63,842 bases of DNA from Welwitschia mirabilis (Eukaryota): contig JBOZIK010000001.1 of the NCBI GenBank assembly GCA_051453625.1, positions 23,853,641 to 23,917,482 on the forward strand. Direction: 5' to 3'. How positions within the stretch are numbered: the stretch's first letter is position 1; every line of letters begins with the position of its first letter. Positions 27,351 to 40,999 of this stretch are shown piece after piece. Both the position numbers and the translations under genes were made by a program. The notes below the pieces were generated by a model, which worked only from the letters and a program-made list of their open reading frames with translations, was not told the origin of the DNA and did not search any database.

Positions 27351-30300
27351 TGTTGATCATCTTATTATCAAAGTTTTATTAAGGCTAGTATATCTCATGT
27401 TTCCATGCCTAGGGATACATGTAAATCTTAGTGGTGTGCTTGTCCAATTAAGCAAACTCTTTGTTTGAACAAGAAAGAGGAGAAATAAAATTTATAATTT
27501 GGAAATCTTATGCTCTTCAATTTTGGACATTCTTGTTTCCTAATAATTGGTATCAAAGCTTTCATGCTAGGGTTCTTAGAGCTTTTTAGCCATTTTTGAC
27601 CTCCTTAGAGCTTCTTGTGGCCTCCTTTTTTTCTTTCTCAATTTTTCTTGGAAAGCTTTCATGTCCCCTTGCATGCTTTAAATATTATTTAGAGCATGTT
27701 AGATCTATTTTATACATACTGAAGACTAATTTACTCAGTTTCTAAGGCCTCTTGAGCCTCCTTTTGGCTTCCTTTAGGGATTTTTTTGGCTTGTTTTTGA
27801 CCTTATTTTAAAAAATTTTTCTATAAATTTTTTAAGATCATTGAAGCTTTCTATAGGTTTACTTGCATTGACTGATGGTTGTGCTGCTTATGCCTACTTC
27901 TATAGCTTTTGCAGCTTAGAATCTTTTCATGCCAATTGTTTCCAGATTTGATCTATATTTGTAGGGTTAACTTACATTGACTTACCTACATTATACTCAA
28001 AAGCTACTAGAATGCCTACCCCTTGCTGCTTATTATATGTTGCATTACTAATTTGTTGTCATCTACAGTGCTTGCATGACTTTTTCTATGAGGCACCTTG
28101 TGCCTCTGCCTCTATGTGTTGTGCCTACATGTTCTATTCCCTGCCACTGAATCTACCTCATTTACTTACCATTACATCACCCTTGCTTGTCCACTACCTT
28201 TACCATTATCATTCCTACTCACCCATGCCTCTGTGATTGAGCTCATATGCTACCTTACTATTCTCACATCAATTCTATGATTTGTTTTAACCTTGCTCAT
28301 TACAGACTACCTATGTGTTTTTTGCTTATTGTGCACCACTTGTTTTTGGATGGACCTACCTCTAGATCCACTGGCCACTATTTTTTGATGATCATTTCTA
28401 TGCGTTAATATTTTTTACTAATCATGCATACCTTTATATATGCTCTCATTTGCAGCTCTAACCACTACACCTCTATCTGTCTGCCTTATTACCATTGAAC
28501 TACTCTCTCATGCAATAGAACCTACTCACCATTTAGATGTCCAAGTCATCTGTTCCTACCTGGTCCATAGGCCAATTGTTATTTTTTTTAATCTTTCTCA
28601 TAATCACTAATAGATCCATTAGTATAATAGTAAGATAACCCTTTGATAGGAGAAAGGTGCAAGGCACGAGTCCAAGCTCTCTCAATAACTCAAATTTTTA
28701 AAATTTGTGTTGACCATTTCTCAACTTTAGTGAACACACATAGTTGCTATGAAATTACTAAACCTTTATGCAATCTCATATACATGTAGTTTAACTAAGC
28801 TATTACTAGCCATTAGCTCTATTTTGCACACATTGGTAGTTTTAGCAATTTTGCTATTTTGAGCTTTTTTCAAAACTTGCTTGAGTTTTTTGGATATTTT
28901 TTCACACTTTTAAGCCCCTAACTTAGTTTGGAGCATATTTTTGTGCATTTAAAGGTTTTTGGACATTTTGTTTTATAAATTTCTAGCCCTTAACCTTATT
29001 TTTTTCTCTCATCAAGTTGAGTTTGGGATGTGAAGCAAGATCTACTTAACTTGACTTTCTTTCACTTAGATCTTTCTTTGTGATTTGGATAGATTTAACT
29101 ATGTTTAGGATATTTAGAAAGATCCACTTAACTTAACTATACCAAATTAGTCCCTATTTGTATGGGTTTTTGATGTTTTTTGTTTACCTTTTTCATACTA
29201 AATTTTTGTGATGAATGTCTTAAAAATTAAAAGCTACATTTAGCCTAAATACATCATGTTCTTTACTAATAATAAGTCTTAATTGATGGTGGACAAAGAG
29301 AGCCTTACATAAATAGAGATATGTGTTAGGTTATATTGCCCTTTGAGCTTGTTATATAGTCTTTAACAACCTTAACTATGAAGTTTGAGCCATAGTAAGA
29401 GCTATGTCTTTCTCAAGTGAAAACGTCCTAAGCACCCCAAGGTCTAAATTCCTATGTACACCTTACTAATTAAGAGTATTTTGAATGAAGGGTAAAGGCA
29501 CAATGATAAAGCCTACTTGGACTTTATCATCAAGTCTACAAAAATACATAAATCATTTACTAAGTCTAAGTTATAAGTAGATCATCAACATTGCATGGTG
29601 CTCTTTCTTAAGGGATTTATGTAGCTAAGGTAACTAAAACTGGTCAATGACTTAGATGCTCCAATGAGGTAACTCATACTTTGTCTTTTTACTCCTTTAG
29701 GAGACAAGGGTACCATCTTTCAAGAGGATATGATTACTATCTAGATTTGAGAGAAGATTCTAAAATTGACAAATCTGCATTTTTATCACTAATAATTAAA
29801 TTATACCCCTTGCATTAAAATCTATGCCACTCATATTAAAACATTTTTAATAAAGCACCTTTTTTTTTATTCTTATGTTCATAGGCTTTTCACTAGTTGA
29901 GGGGGTTTATCTTGATTACCACACATCGTGATTTAGATAGATCAATTGGATTTTTTCATTTGGTTTTCTTTCATTATAATCATACCTATTCATCATGACC
30001 TTCTTTTATTTCTTTTATTTTGTTACATTATGGCTTGAATAGATTAGTTAAACTTATGAATGAAAGTAATATTCCTTTTCCTATGACTATACCATTACCT
30101 TCATTTTTCCTTGTTTGATTTTTGAGTTTTAATGGGATTTCTTTATGTCATGGATATATCAATTTTAGTAGTGAATGCAAGTAAGCTCCCTATAAAATTT
30201 AACTTTATCTTATGACTTATCAAACCTCTTTTATCTCTTCTCTACATTCATCATGGCTTTAACATCAAAAGGTAGATTTTAGATCTTATTAAATAGATTC

Positions 30301-30820
30301 ATGCTAATATTAACTACTAAAATCATAACCAACCTTTGGATGACTTTACATGATTATCAGAGTTGAGAGAAATGGAATGAAGATTTCATATCTATAATGC
30401 ACATTTATGGACTTTATTAAATTTTTTCTAACAAAGCACATGTTCTTATTCAAAATCTGAATGAAGAACATGCATAGGAAGCCATTGATAGAAAACTCAC
30501 ATAGATAATGTGTAAATCAGTGACCACTTCACATAAAAAGTTGGTTAATAGAAGTAATTTAAGTTATACCAACTATTATACTCTATAAGATATATTTTAT
30601 GTAAAAAATGATCTAGAATTAATCAATTGTATTATAAGCATGAATAACCTTCATTATAAGAAGGGAAAAATGCATTAGGTTATAGCTTCAATTATGGACA
30701 TTAAGGCAAAGGTTGCCGAGATAAACCCAAAGAATCAAGTATGTATTCATTAGATTAACTTGATTCATTGATGTTTAGAGGATTGTAAGATCCACTTATC
30801 TATAGCCAAAAAAATTTACT
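27351..30820 (+). mobile_element. Short-LTR Ty1/copia copy A: 5' LTR 27351-27545, PBS 27548-27559, long leader, gag remnant
   Basis: LTR matches 40770-40960; PBS TGGTATCAAAGC; 28970-30810 is a diverged direct copy of 35175-37790, which leads into copia protease and integrase. Confidence 0.7.
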
Positions 30821-30879
30821 TGCTTTGATATCAAAATATAAGAAAAAAAATTTACAGCTAAAAAATTATTCTTTCTCTA

Positions 30880-31030
30880 TTACCAAAATGTGAGATCAAC
30901 CTTCTAACATCCAAAAACTTTAACTTACTCTTGTACCAAAATGTAAGGTCCACTTTTTATTAACCAAAAAACTTTAGATGATTCTTTAATACCATATGTA
31001 AAATTCATTTTTATAAACTAAAAGCTTCAA
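30880..31030. repeat. ~54-bp tandem repeat, about 3 units
   Basis: taccaaaatgt...ccaaaaacttta recurs at ~30881, ~30935 and ~30990. Confidence 0.65.
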
Positions 31031-31139
31031 AAGGTTGCTTTGAAATAATTGTGTAAGATCTAGTTTATTTAAATCATTATAGAATTACTTAAGGTTTTTA
31101 GACTATTTTGTATTTTCAGTGCATCAAATGATAATAAAA

Positions 31140-31757
31140 ATTTAAAATATTTAAAAATGACAAAATGGAATGTGTTTTTGACTAAAAATACCTAGGATTT
31201 ACCTTAAAGATATGAATTAAGCTCAAATTTACAAAAAGACCATTAACAAGTTATGTTTAATTTGTTTTTACATTAGACAACAAGAATTCAAAACAGTGAT
31301 TTAAACATTTAAAAAGGATAAAATGAAGTATGGTTTTAGCTAGAAACCGACATGGATTAATCTCATATTTATAAAAAGAACATTAGAAAGTTACGTTTAA
31401 GTCACTTTTACATAAGAAAATAAGAATTCAAGACAGTGATTTAAAATGTCTAAAAATGATAAAATAAAGTATTTTTTTTAACTTAAAATATTTAGGTTTT
31501 ACCTTAAAGGGCATAAATTAAGCTTAGATTTACAAAAAAGCTATCATAAAGTTACATTTGAGCTATTTATGCATAAGAAAATAGGAATGTAAAACCATGA
31601 TTTAAAACATCTAAAAATAATAAAATGGAGTATGTTTTTGACTAAAAACACTTAGTTTTTACCTTAAAGAGCATGAATTAAGATAAAATTTATTAAAAAA
31701 ACTATCAAAAAGTTATGTTTTAACACATTTTTTAATATGAAAACAAGCATTTAAAAT
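31140..31757. repeat. ~160-bp satellite-like tandem array, 4 units
   Basis: Units start near 31140, 31300, 31440 and 31600 with shared tttaaaa..taaaaatgataaaatgga, ttaccttaaag, aagttat/acgttt; the second unit is ~20 bp shorter. Confidence 0.85.
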
Positions 31758-31769
31758 GTCCACAATAAG

Positions 31770-34700
31770 TTTCGTATTTATTATCCTAGTGAATAAAATA
31801 AGTTATATTTAAAGATATAAATTCAATATTCTATAGTTAGAATATAGAAAGTTTTTATGAAATAAGAGAGAATTGTATAAGAATAAATTATCAAATTTTC
31901 TATTGCAACATTATCCAAGAAAGATATACATCATGAAGCTTTTACATATATCACAATATACATATTTCAAGTTTCAAGGCATTCTAAGATCGAAAAATAA
32001 TTACAACATCTAAGATATTCAAGATCCAAGATAAGATATATAAGTTTAACACTTCAAATATAATTTTACAACATAATCTAGAAAGAAATAATCTCCACTA
32101 AATCATGCATTTCTTACCAATTAATATAGCTATTCAAAACTCCAGGTTTTTCACATGTTTAACATAAGGATATGAAGGATTTTAAGTCTCAAAATAGATA
32201 AGATAAAATAAAGATTTTTCAAGTAACAAACTTATGAAAATGAAATGAAAATAACTAGTTTTTAAAATAAATTTTTTATAAACTTTTCTTTTCCTTCACT
32301 ATATCATTCAGTGATTAGTGTATTTTTCATACTCCATTACCTCATTTAATAGTCTATGGAGTCTACTACCTCATTTAGTGATCTATGGATCTATTAATTC
32401 CACTAGCTTATTTAACAATCTATGGGTTCTTACATTCCACTGCCTCATTCGAAAATCTACAAAATCCTCATTTCTATAAGATCTGTGATCAAAGATATTA
32501 TAAGAAGATGTAATGTTAAGATATATCACCAAGAAATAAATTATTAACAAAAGTAAATGCTAGATTGCAATTTTACTTAACTTCCAAAAAATTTATCAAT
32601 AAGATAACAAAAACTAGTACTCATAACTAGGAATATCATTAAAAATATTATAAGTTATCAAGAAAGCAGTAAAACAAGCACCTGATTGAACCTTTAAATT
32701 AATGTAATAATAATGAACAAAATAGATATACAATAAAGAACTATATAAATATGCATGAATTAACTAGAACCATACAAAGATACAAAAATAAATGATCATA
32801 CATAGTTCAAGAATAAAATAGAACCATATAAAGATGCAAGAATTAAATAAGACCATACTTGAAATTGGATGTAAAACTTATGAACTTTTAAAGACTTCAA
32901 GACTTTTAAGAATTCTAAGAATTCAATGTTTTTTCAAGCTCTAAGTTTTAAAGTTTCCAAGATCAGATAACAAAGAATTTCTTAAAAATATACAAATAAA
33001 AGAGGAAGAAAGTTTTATATATAGCAAGGGGATGTAGGGATATGAAGAGATATGAGGATATGAAGAGATACTATCTTTAGAAAAAGAAGATAAAGATTTC
33101 ATACCCCTAATCATTACTTTACCTAGCTAGTGAGTGCATATAATACTTCATCATAATAGTAACTAGTTATTTTACCAAATAATAATCATGAAAAAGATGA
33201 CTACATAAGTTACAAAATTTAAGCTATTTGACATTTTTTAACATAAGTAAAGATAAGATAATTTAGTTACATGATAATATAATATTTTTAAATTCCAAGA
33301 TAATCATTATTATTAACTCCATAAGTTAAGAAAGAAATGCTAGAATTTGAAGGGCATGGCATTATTTTTATCATAAAAAGATAAATAAATTTAATTGAAA
33401 ATATTTTTATGTAAATAATTAAGATGATATATTTAACAATACTATCTAAGAAATAACATCAAGATGAAATTTTCATCACCTTTATATATTTAGCCATTTA
33501 TGATAAATATTTTAGCTTGTAAGACATTACTTTAGACTATATTATTTATTTTTCTTTATCATAGTATTCTTAAGCTAAGTTTTATAATCTTGAATAATTA
33601 GAACATGACATTTCTCACCTCCTTAAGAAGTTTCCTCCTAAAGCCTTGCTAAAATCTCTAGTTTCCATTACTTAATATTTGTTTCTATTATCTAAGTTAT
33701 TTTTTATAGACTGATTTGAACATTAAACTTTATAATGTTATATAGTTTTTATAATACCATTGATTTTGATCTAAAACCTTAATTTGTTGAGCTTTGATTA
33801 AATAATATGAAAGAATATCTAATTCTTAATTAGAAATTATCTTTGCTTTATTAGCTAAATAGTTCCTCAATAATTATATATAAAAAACATTATGAAGAGT
33901 TAATAGATGTGTTGGTAACACTACCTTATAAGATACTAGTTCAATTATAAATCTTGGAGCTAATTTTCTATTTATACCACTCCTAAAGACTCCTTGAAAA
34001 ACAAGCATTAAGATAAACATAATCTTCTTCTTGAAATTTTATATGTCTTCTTTAGCTATTTGCATACTTATCTTGTCTATCCTTTATCACCTTTAATTTT
34101 TTCCTAATTATTCTTACTTTCTCTTAAAAATCTTAAGTAGATAATACTTTTAATAATTTCTTATTTGGTACATTAAACCATGTTACTAGTTTTCTACATT
34201 CCTTCTATTTAATTCTTTAAAAGGTGCACATCCTATTTACTCTTGATAATTATTATTAGAAGTGAATTTTATCAATTCTAAATGATCCATTCAAGATCCC
34301 CCAAAATCCAAAATTATTGATCTTAATAAGTCTTCCAAATTTTTTTTTTTTCCTATTTGTCTATCTATTTAAGTATTAAAAGATATACTCAAGTATAAGT
34401 TAATTCCCAATTCTTTATAGAATAATGTCCAAAATATAGATGTGAACTTACTATCTCTATGTAAAACAATTCTTTTAGGTATTCCATGTAATTTAACTAG
34501 ATTCCTTACATACTCTTTTGTAATCTTTTCATTTGAATTTGTTCTTTTCACTAGATAAAATATGCACTTTTAGTTAAGAGATTAATTACTATCAAAATAC
34601 AATCATAGCCTAATTTAATCTTGGGCAAACCTATAATAAAATCAATATTGACTACTTTTCATTTTCAGTCTAGAATATTATGAAGATACAAAACTCTAGC

Positions 34701-35074
34701 TAGATGTTGGTATTTAAATTTAACCAATTGATAAGTCATATATTTACCACAAATTTAGAAACTTTAAACCTCATTTCTGACCATTGAAAATGCTGTTCTA
34801 TATTTTTATACATATTATTAACTCCTTAATGGATAGCATTCCATGTACTATGAAATTTATTTAAGATAATTTTCTTTACTTGCTCTTCATTAGGCACTAT
34901 AATTTTATCTTAAAAAGTAACAAATTAATTAATATAAACTAAAAATCCTTCAATTCCTTCTTCTTTTAACTTTTTTCATAGATGATAGTTTCATTGTAAA
35001 TCAAAAAAGTCAATTTACAGAAATCCTTTTATGCTCTTAAGCAATTAACAAAATGTCTTATTCTTCTTAATACA
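31770..35074 (-). mobile_element. Tekay-like Ty3/gypsy 3' end: integrase (probable chromodomain remnant), PPT and 3' LTR (LTR from 33610 downward)
   Basis: ORF 34369-34551 VKLHGIPKRIVLHRDSKFTSIFW is gypsy integrase. Minus strand AGGAGGTGAGAAA (PPT), then TGTCATG. LTR homologous to 24106-26529; its lower boundary is approximate. Confidence 0.8.
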
Positions 35075-35174
35075 NNNNNNNNNNNNNNNNNNNNNNNNNN
35101 NNNNNNNNNNNNNNNNNNNNNNNNNNNNNNNNNNNNNNNNNNNNNNNNNNNNNNNNNNNNNNNNNNNNNNNNNN

Positions 35175-38100
35175 TTGTTTTAAAAATTTCTAGTCCTTAA
35201 CCTTATTTTTTTCTCTCATGTAAAGAAATATCTACTCTACTTGACTTTCTTTCACTTAGATCTTTTTTTGTGATTTTGATAGATTTAACTATGTTTAGGA
35301 TATTGAGAAAGATCCACTTAACTTAACTATACCAAAATTAGACTCTATTCTCATTTGTATGTTTTTTGATTTTTTTTATTTTTTCTTTCTCATACTAAAA
35401 TTTTAATTTTATCTGACTAAGGTTTAAAATTGGAAATTACNNNNNNNNNNNNNNNNNNNNNNNNNNNNNNNNNNNNNNNNNNNNNNNNNNNNNNNNNNNN
35501 NNNNNNNNNNNNNNNNNNNNNNNNNNNNNNNNNNNNNNNNTAAAATTTTAATTTTATCTGACTAAGGTTTAAAATTGGAAATTACTTTCACCTCTAAACA
35601 TATCACGATTTAGATTAGTAATAAGTCTTGGTTGGTGGTGGGCATAGGAAGCCTTACGTAGATAGAGGTCCATGTCAGGCTACACTGCCCTTTGAACTTT
35701 TTGTGCAATCTTAACTACTTTAACTATGAAGTTTAGGCCATACAAACAGTTATGTCTCTCTTAAACAGAAACGTCCTGGGCACCTTGAGGTTTANNNNNN
35801 NNNNNNNNNNNNNNNNNNNNNNNNNNNNNNNNNNNNNNNNNNNNNNNNNNNNNNNNNNNNNNNNNNNNNNNNNNNNNNNNNNNNNNNNNNNNNNNNNNNN
35901 NNNNNNNNNNNNNNNNNNNNNNNNNNNNNNNNNNNNNNNNNNNNTGCAAACATTACATAATACTCTCCTTTGATTGGGGTATATAGTTGAGGTAACCGAA
36001 ACTAGCCAATGACTTAGATGCACCACTGAAGTCATTCATATTTTTGGCCTTTTACTTCCTTATGAGATAAGAATACCATCCTTAGAGAGGATGTGATCAC
36101 TACCTAGATTCAAGAGTAGACTTTAAAACTGATAAATCTGCATTTTCATTACCTAATAATCAAATTAGGTCCCTTTGCATTAAAATTTACCTTCCTTACA
36201 TTAATAATTCTTTAAAAAGTTATCCTTTTTATTCTTATTTGCATAGGTTTTTCATGGTTTAGGGTGGGATTTGNNNNNNNNNNNNNNNNNNNNNNNNNNN
36301 NNNNNNNNNNNNNNNNNNNNNNNNNNNNNNNNNNNNNNNNNNNNNNNNNNNNNNNNNNNNNNNNNNNNNNNNNNNNNNNNNNNNNNNNNNNNNNNNNNNN
36401 NNNNNNNNNNNNNNNNNNNNNNNNNNNNNNNNNNNNNNNNNNNNNNNNNNNNNNNNNNNNNNNNNNNNNNNNNNNNNNNNNNNNNNNNNNNNNNNNNNNN
36501 NNNNNNNNNNNNNNNNNNNNNNNNNNNNNNNNNNNNNNNNNNNNNNNNNNNNNNNNNNNNNNNNNNNNNNNNNNNNNNNNNNNNNNNNNNNNNNNNNNNN
36601 NNNNNNNNNNNNNNNNNNNNNNNNNNNNNNNNNNNNNNNNNNNNNNNNNNNNNNNNNNNNNNNNNNNNNNNNNNNNNNNNNNNNNNNNNNNNNNNNNNNN
36701 NNNNNNNNNNNNNNNNNNNNNNNNNNNNNNNNNNNNNNNNNNNNNNNNNNNNNNNNNNNNNNNNNNNNNNNNNNNNNNNNNNNNNNNNNNNNNNNNNNNN
36801 NNNNNNNNNNNNNNNNNNNNNNNNNNNNNNNNNNNNNNNNNNNNNNNNNNNNNNNNNNNNNNNNNNNNNNNNNNNNNNNNNNNATTTGTCTTTATTATCA
36901 TACTTTGTGGTTTGGATAGATCACTTGGATTTTTTGGATTAATTCTTTTTTGTTGTAACTATACCTCTCTGTTGTGACCTCTTTTTTCTTTTATTGCATT
37001 GTGACTTAGATAGATCACTTAAACTAGTGAATGATAATAAGATCTCTTTTTAGGTAACTATATCATTTTATTTAATTTTTTTCTATTTGTTTTCTCCTTT
37101 TGGGTCTTAATAAGTTTTCTTTATCTATTGGATAGATCATTTTATTGGTAGTGAATATGTGCAAGATCCCTGTGGAATTTGACTTTATCTTATAATTTGT
37201 TAACCCTTTTCTTTCTTTTCAGTATTCATCATGACTTCATCATTGAAAGGAAGATTCTAGATTTTATCAAATATCTTCATACCCATATTGAATACTAGAA
37301 TAATAACCAACCTTAGGGTGATCTTACATGATGATTAGAGTTGGGAGGATTAAAAGAGAACTTTATATTAACAATGTGTATTTATGATTTCAATATAGAT
37401 TTTTTTGAAATAGAGCATGTTCCTCTTTAGAACTTAGATGAAGAAGATGCATGATAAGCCATTGATTACAAGATCATAGAGATAATGTAAAAATTAGTGG
37501 CCACTTTGCATAAAACATTGGTTGATTAAAAAAAGTCTAGTTATGTTAACTATTATACTTTGCAGGATACATTTTATGTGAAGAATGATTTAGAAATGAT
37601 CAATTTTATCATGAGATTGAACAACCTTCATTATAAAAAGGGTAAAATGCATTATCTTATAGCTCAAATAATGGATATTAAAGTAAAAATTATTGAAATA
37701 TACCAAATGAATAAAGTTTGCATTCGTTACATCAACTTGATTCATTGTTGTTTGTAGGATCCATCTTTTCATAGCTACATTTTGTCTCTTCAAGAAAATA
37801 AGCAGCTATCAAATATGAACTTTGACATACTTAGTAAGAATATTATTATTGTTGAAGCTTAGTTTAAGTTCATAGGCTTCTTGTTCTATGATGCAACATG
37901 CAAAGTTTCTCATTCTTATAGACTTCCTCCTAAACATAGCCAATATTCTAGAAACTCTTATCCGTCAAGTAAATCTCATCATAAAAAGAGTAAGACTCCA
38001 TAGAAATAGTAAAATAAGCTTAATCAAGCTCAACCAATCAAGTTGATCAAACTCAACCAACCAAGTATCAAGTTTAGCATACTGCTACTCTAAAGAAAAA

Positions 38101-40960
38101 TAATTATTAGTACTCACAATTGGGAGATAAGATTATATCATAGAATTTTGTCAGATACCTTGGGATAAGATCAAATCTACACCTAAGACTAATGTAGTTA
38201 TTGAAGAATTTGATTCTCTTAATGATGATGAAATTTTTAAGTTAAATGTAGTCTTTAATATTTTTGACTTTATTGGTATGAGTGAGCACATACCTCATGA
38301 TAAGACCTAGATTCTTAACATTGGAGTTACTCATCACATGACTTATAAGCATGATTATTTTGATGACTTCATTAAAGTACCATGTTAGGTTTATTTGATA
38401 GATAAAACTCCAATTCTAGTGTAAGGATATGGTTTGGATACCCTTAACTTAACATTGCTCTCTCTAGAGAGTATTTTTAATGTACTACATGTGCCTCCTT
38501 TGAGATCACATCTTTTATTGCTTTCCACTCTAGTGTGAAAAGATCACTTAATTTTTATGATGAAGCACTTAGTGGAGATTTTTTATTGCAATAAAAAACT
38601 GGTTATGAAAGGCTATGTGGATGGAAAACTCATTTTTCTTTAAGGTTATGTTAAAATATAGGAGATTGTTTACATANNNNNNNNNNNNNNNNNNNNNNNN
38701 NNNNNNNNNNNNNNNNNNNNNNNNNNNNNNNNNNNNNNNNNNNNNNNNNNNNNNNNNNNNNNNNNNNNNNNNNNNNCACTCTAGTGTGAAAAGATCACTC
38801 AATTTTTATGATGAAGCACTTAGTGGAGATTTTTTATTGCAATAAAAAACTAGTTATGAAAGGCTATGTGAATGGAAAACTCATTTTTCTTTAAGGTTAT
38901 GTTAAAATATAGGAGATTTTTTACATAGTTTCTCAAGATTAAATCTCTTCCTTGCTATTATGGCATGTTCTATTAGGAAAGCCTACTCATCGCATAATGA
39001 ATGCAGTGCATGGGAATGGCTACTAGCTTCTTCCATCCATTCCATGAGATTTTCTTTAGTGTGAAGCATATATCATGGAAAAATCAACTAGAAATGATTT
39101 TATACCAAGTAATTGGTGTGTCAATCAAAAGCTTCTACTTATTCATAATGATCTAGGTAGACTTACACTAGTTTTTACTCTCCAAGGTGGCTTTTGCTAT
39201 TTTATATCTTTTATTGATAACTATTTCTAAATGAGTTGGGTATATTTCATTAAGTCAAAATCTCAAACCTTAAACATTTTTAAGAAGTTTAAACTTAAAG
39301 TGAAAAAGTAAACTAATTTCTAGATTAAGAGATTCTAATCAAATAATAAAGGTGAATACATATCTATTAAGTTTAAGGGCTTTCTTTCTTCTAAAGGAAT
39401 TCATCATTTGATGACCTCTCTTGAGACACCTCAACAAAATGGCATCTTTGAGTATTTTAATTATACAATCATGGATATAGTGCATTTTATGATGTATTTC
39501 ATTGGTTATAAGACCTATCTTTAGGGTGAAGCAGTAAATACTACTGTGCATCTTAATAACTGCATTGGTCCTTACTCTAAAAAAGGAGTATCTCTACCTA
39601 AGAATCGGTATGTATTCAAGTTGAAGTTACATCACTTTCATGTCTTTGAAATGCTACATCCATATTTCACATAAATATCATGATAAATTTGGAGTACATG
39701 CTCATATTAGCATTTTTATGGAATATCTAGTTGACCAAAGGGTTATTGAGTTTATATTCCAAAGAATTAGAAGATCATTATTTCTTGTGCTATAATTTTT
39801 TAGAGACTAAACAATGATTCTCAGCTTGATCTTTTGAAGCTTTATACTTTTTATAACCTAGCAACCATTTTGGATGCTTAATATCCTATAGTTGAAAGGG
39901 GACATGTAGCCATCGGTCCTGCTCTAGTACCTTCTATTAGTATAACTTCTTTTCAACCTATATGAATTGAGTAATTTAGTGCTTTAAGCACTTTTAATCA
40001 TGGTTCTAGCAGTAATTCAATAGGTTCTCTTACCAAAGAAGCTGAGACTACCCATAGATGAAATCATAGTACTTGGTTATAGTCTGCTCTTCAGGATGTT
40101 CATGATGATGAAGAGGGTAAAACTTAAACTAGATATAGCTCACATGCAAAGCACGATGCTGATATTAATGAGCTTAATATAATTTTTAATGGTAAATTAA
40201 TGTCTTTGAAAGATATCTTTTTACAAAATCAGTGGGTCCAAGCCATGAAATGAGAATACCATGCTCTTGTAAAAAATAATACATGGGAGTTGATTCATAA
40301 AATTAAGAAACTTATACAGCATGAATTCATTACAATAGTGCATCATCCGACTATAGAATCATGAATTGCTACTTAAACAAAGATATTTAGTTGAAAGAAG
40401 CTCCAGTATTTCCATTTCAAGATTAGATTGATAATGAGTTGAGTTAAACTAATTTTTTTCATGTACATCATGGGATTCATTTGACTTTTAAATCACTGAT
40501 TGAAGTTACATCTAATGCTAGTATAATAGGATGTGTAGTACAAATATGACCTAATACTATAGGATGTGTAGTAAACATTTTGGCCTAGCATTATGGGATG
40601 TGTAATGCTAATAAATAAGCTTATTTGCTATGATATGTATAATAGTAAATTGACTACTTCTTTTATGAAGTCATTTTCTTACATGGAAACTCCTTTCTAG
40701 AGGTTTTATTATAGGCTAGATTTCTAAGGTTTTTCCTCAAACACTCTAGTTTTGACTTGAAAGAGAGAATATTTTTATGTGGAGAGGAAATTGCTAAGGC
40801 TAGTACACACTATGGCTCCATGACGAGGGATACGTAAAAACCCCAGTGATGTGCTTGTCTATTTAAGCAAGCTCTTTGTTTGAATACGAAAGTGAAGAAA
40901 TAAAATTTATGATTTGAAAATCTTGTACTCTTCAATTTTGGGCATTCTTATTTTGTAACA
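35175..40960 (+). mobile_element. Short-LTR Ty1/copia copy B: leader, gag, protease, integrase, RT N-terminus only, 3' LTR 40770-40960
   Basis: *ILNIGVTHHMT (~38308), LLWH (~38955), FIDNY..MSWVYFIKSKS (~39210), TPQQNG (~39426), QWVQAMK*EYHALVKNNTWEL (~40230); PPT gaaagagagaa before 40770; ends TAACA. Confidence 0.8.
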
Positions 40961-40999
40961 GTTTTTACTAAGAGTCTACAAAAGTCTAATTAGGAGGTA

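Noticed and set aside
28012..28280. Cys/His-rich short ORFs
   Set aside because: Low-complexity pyrimidine-rich retroelement leader with no domain signature.
36212..36977. Long ORFs in the ORF track (also 49042-49636, 60569-61357)
   Set aside because: They consist almost entirely of N-gap codons.
38525..38927. Short direct duplications across gaps (also ~17233/17355, 35395/35541, 54780/54910, 59395/59554)
   Set aside because: Each flanks a 100-N scaffold gap, the typical overlap artefact.
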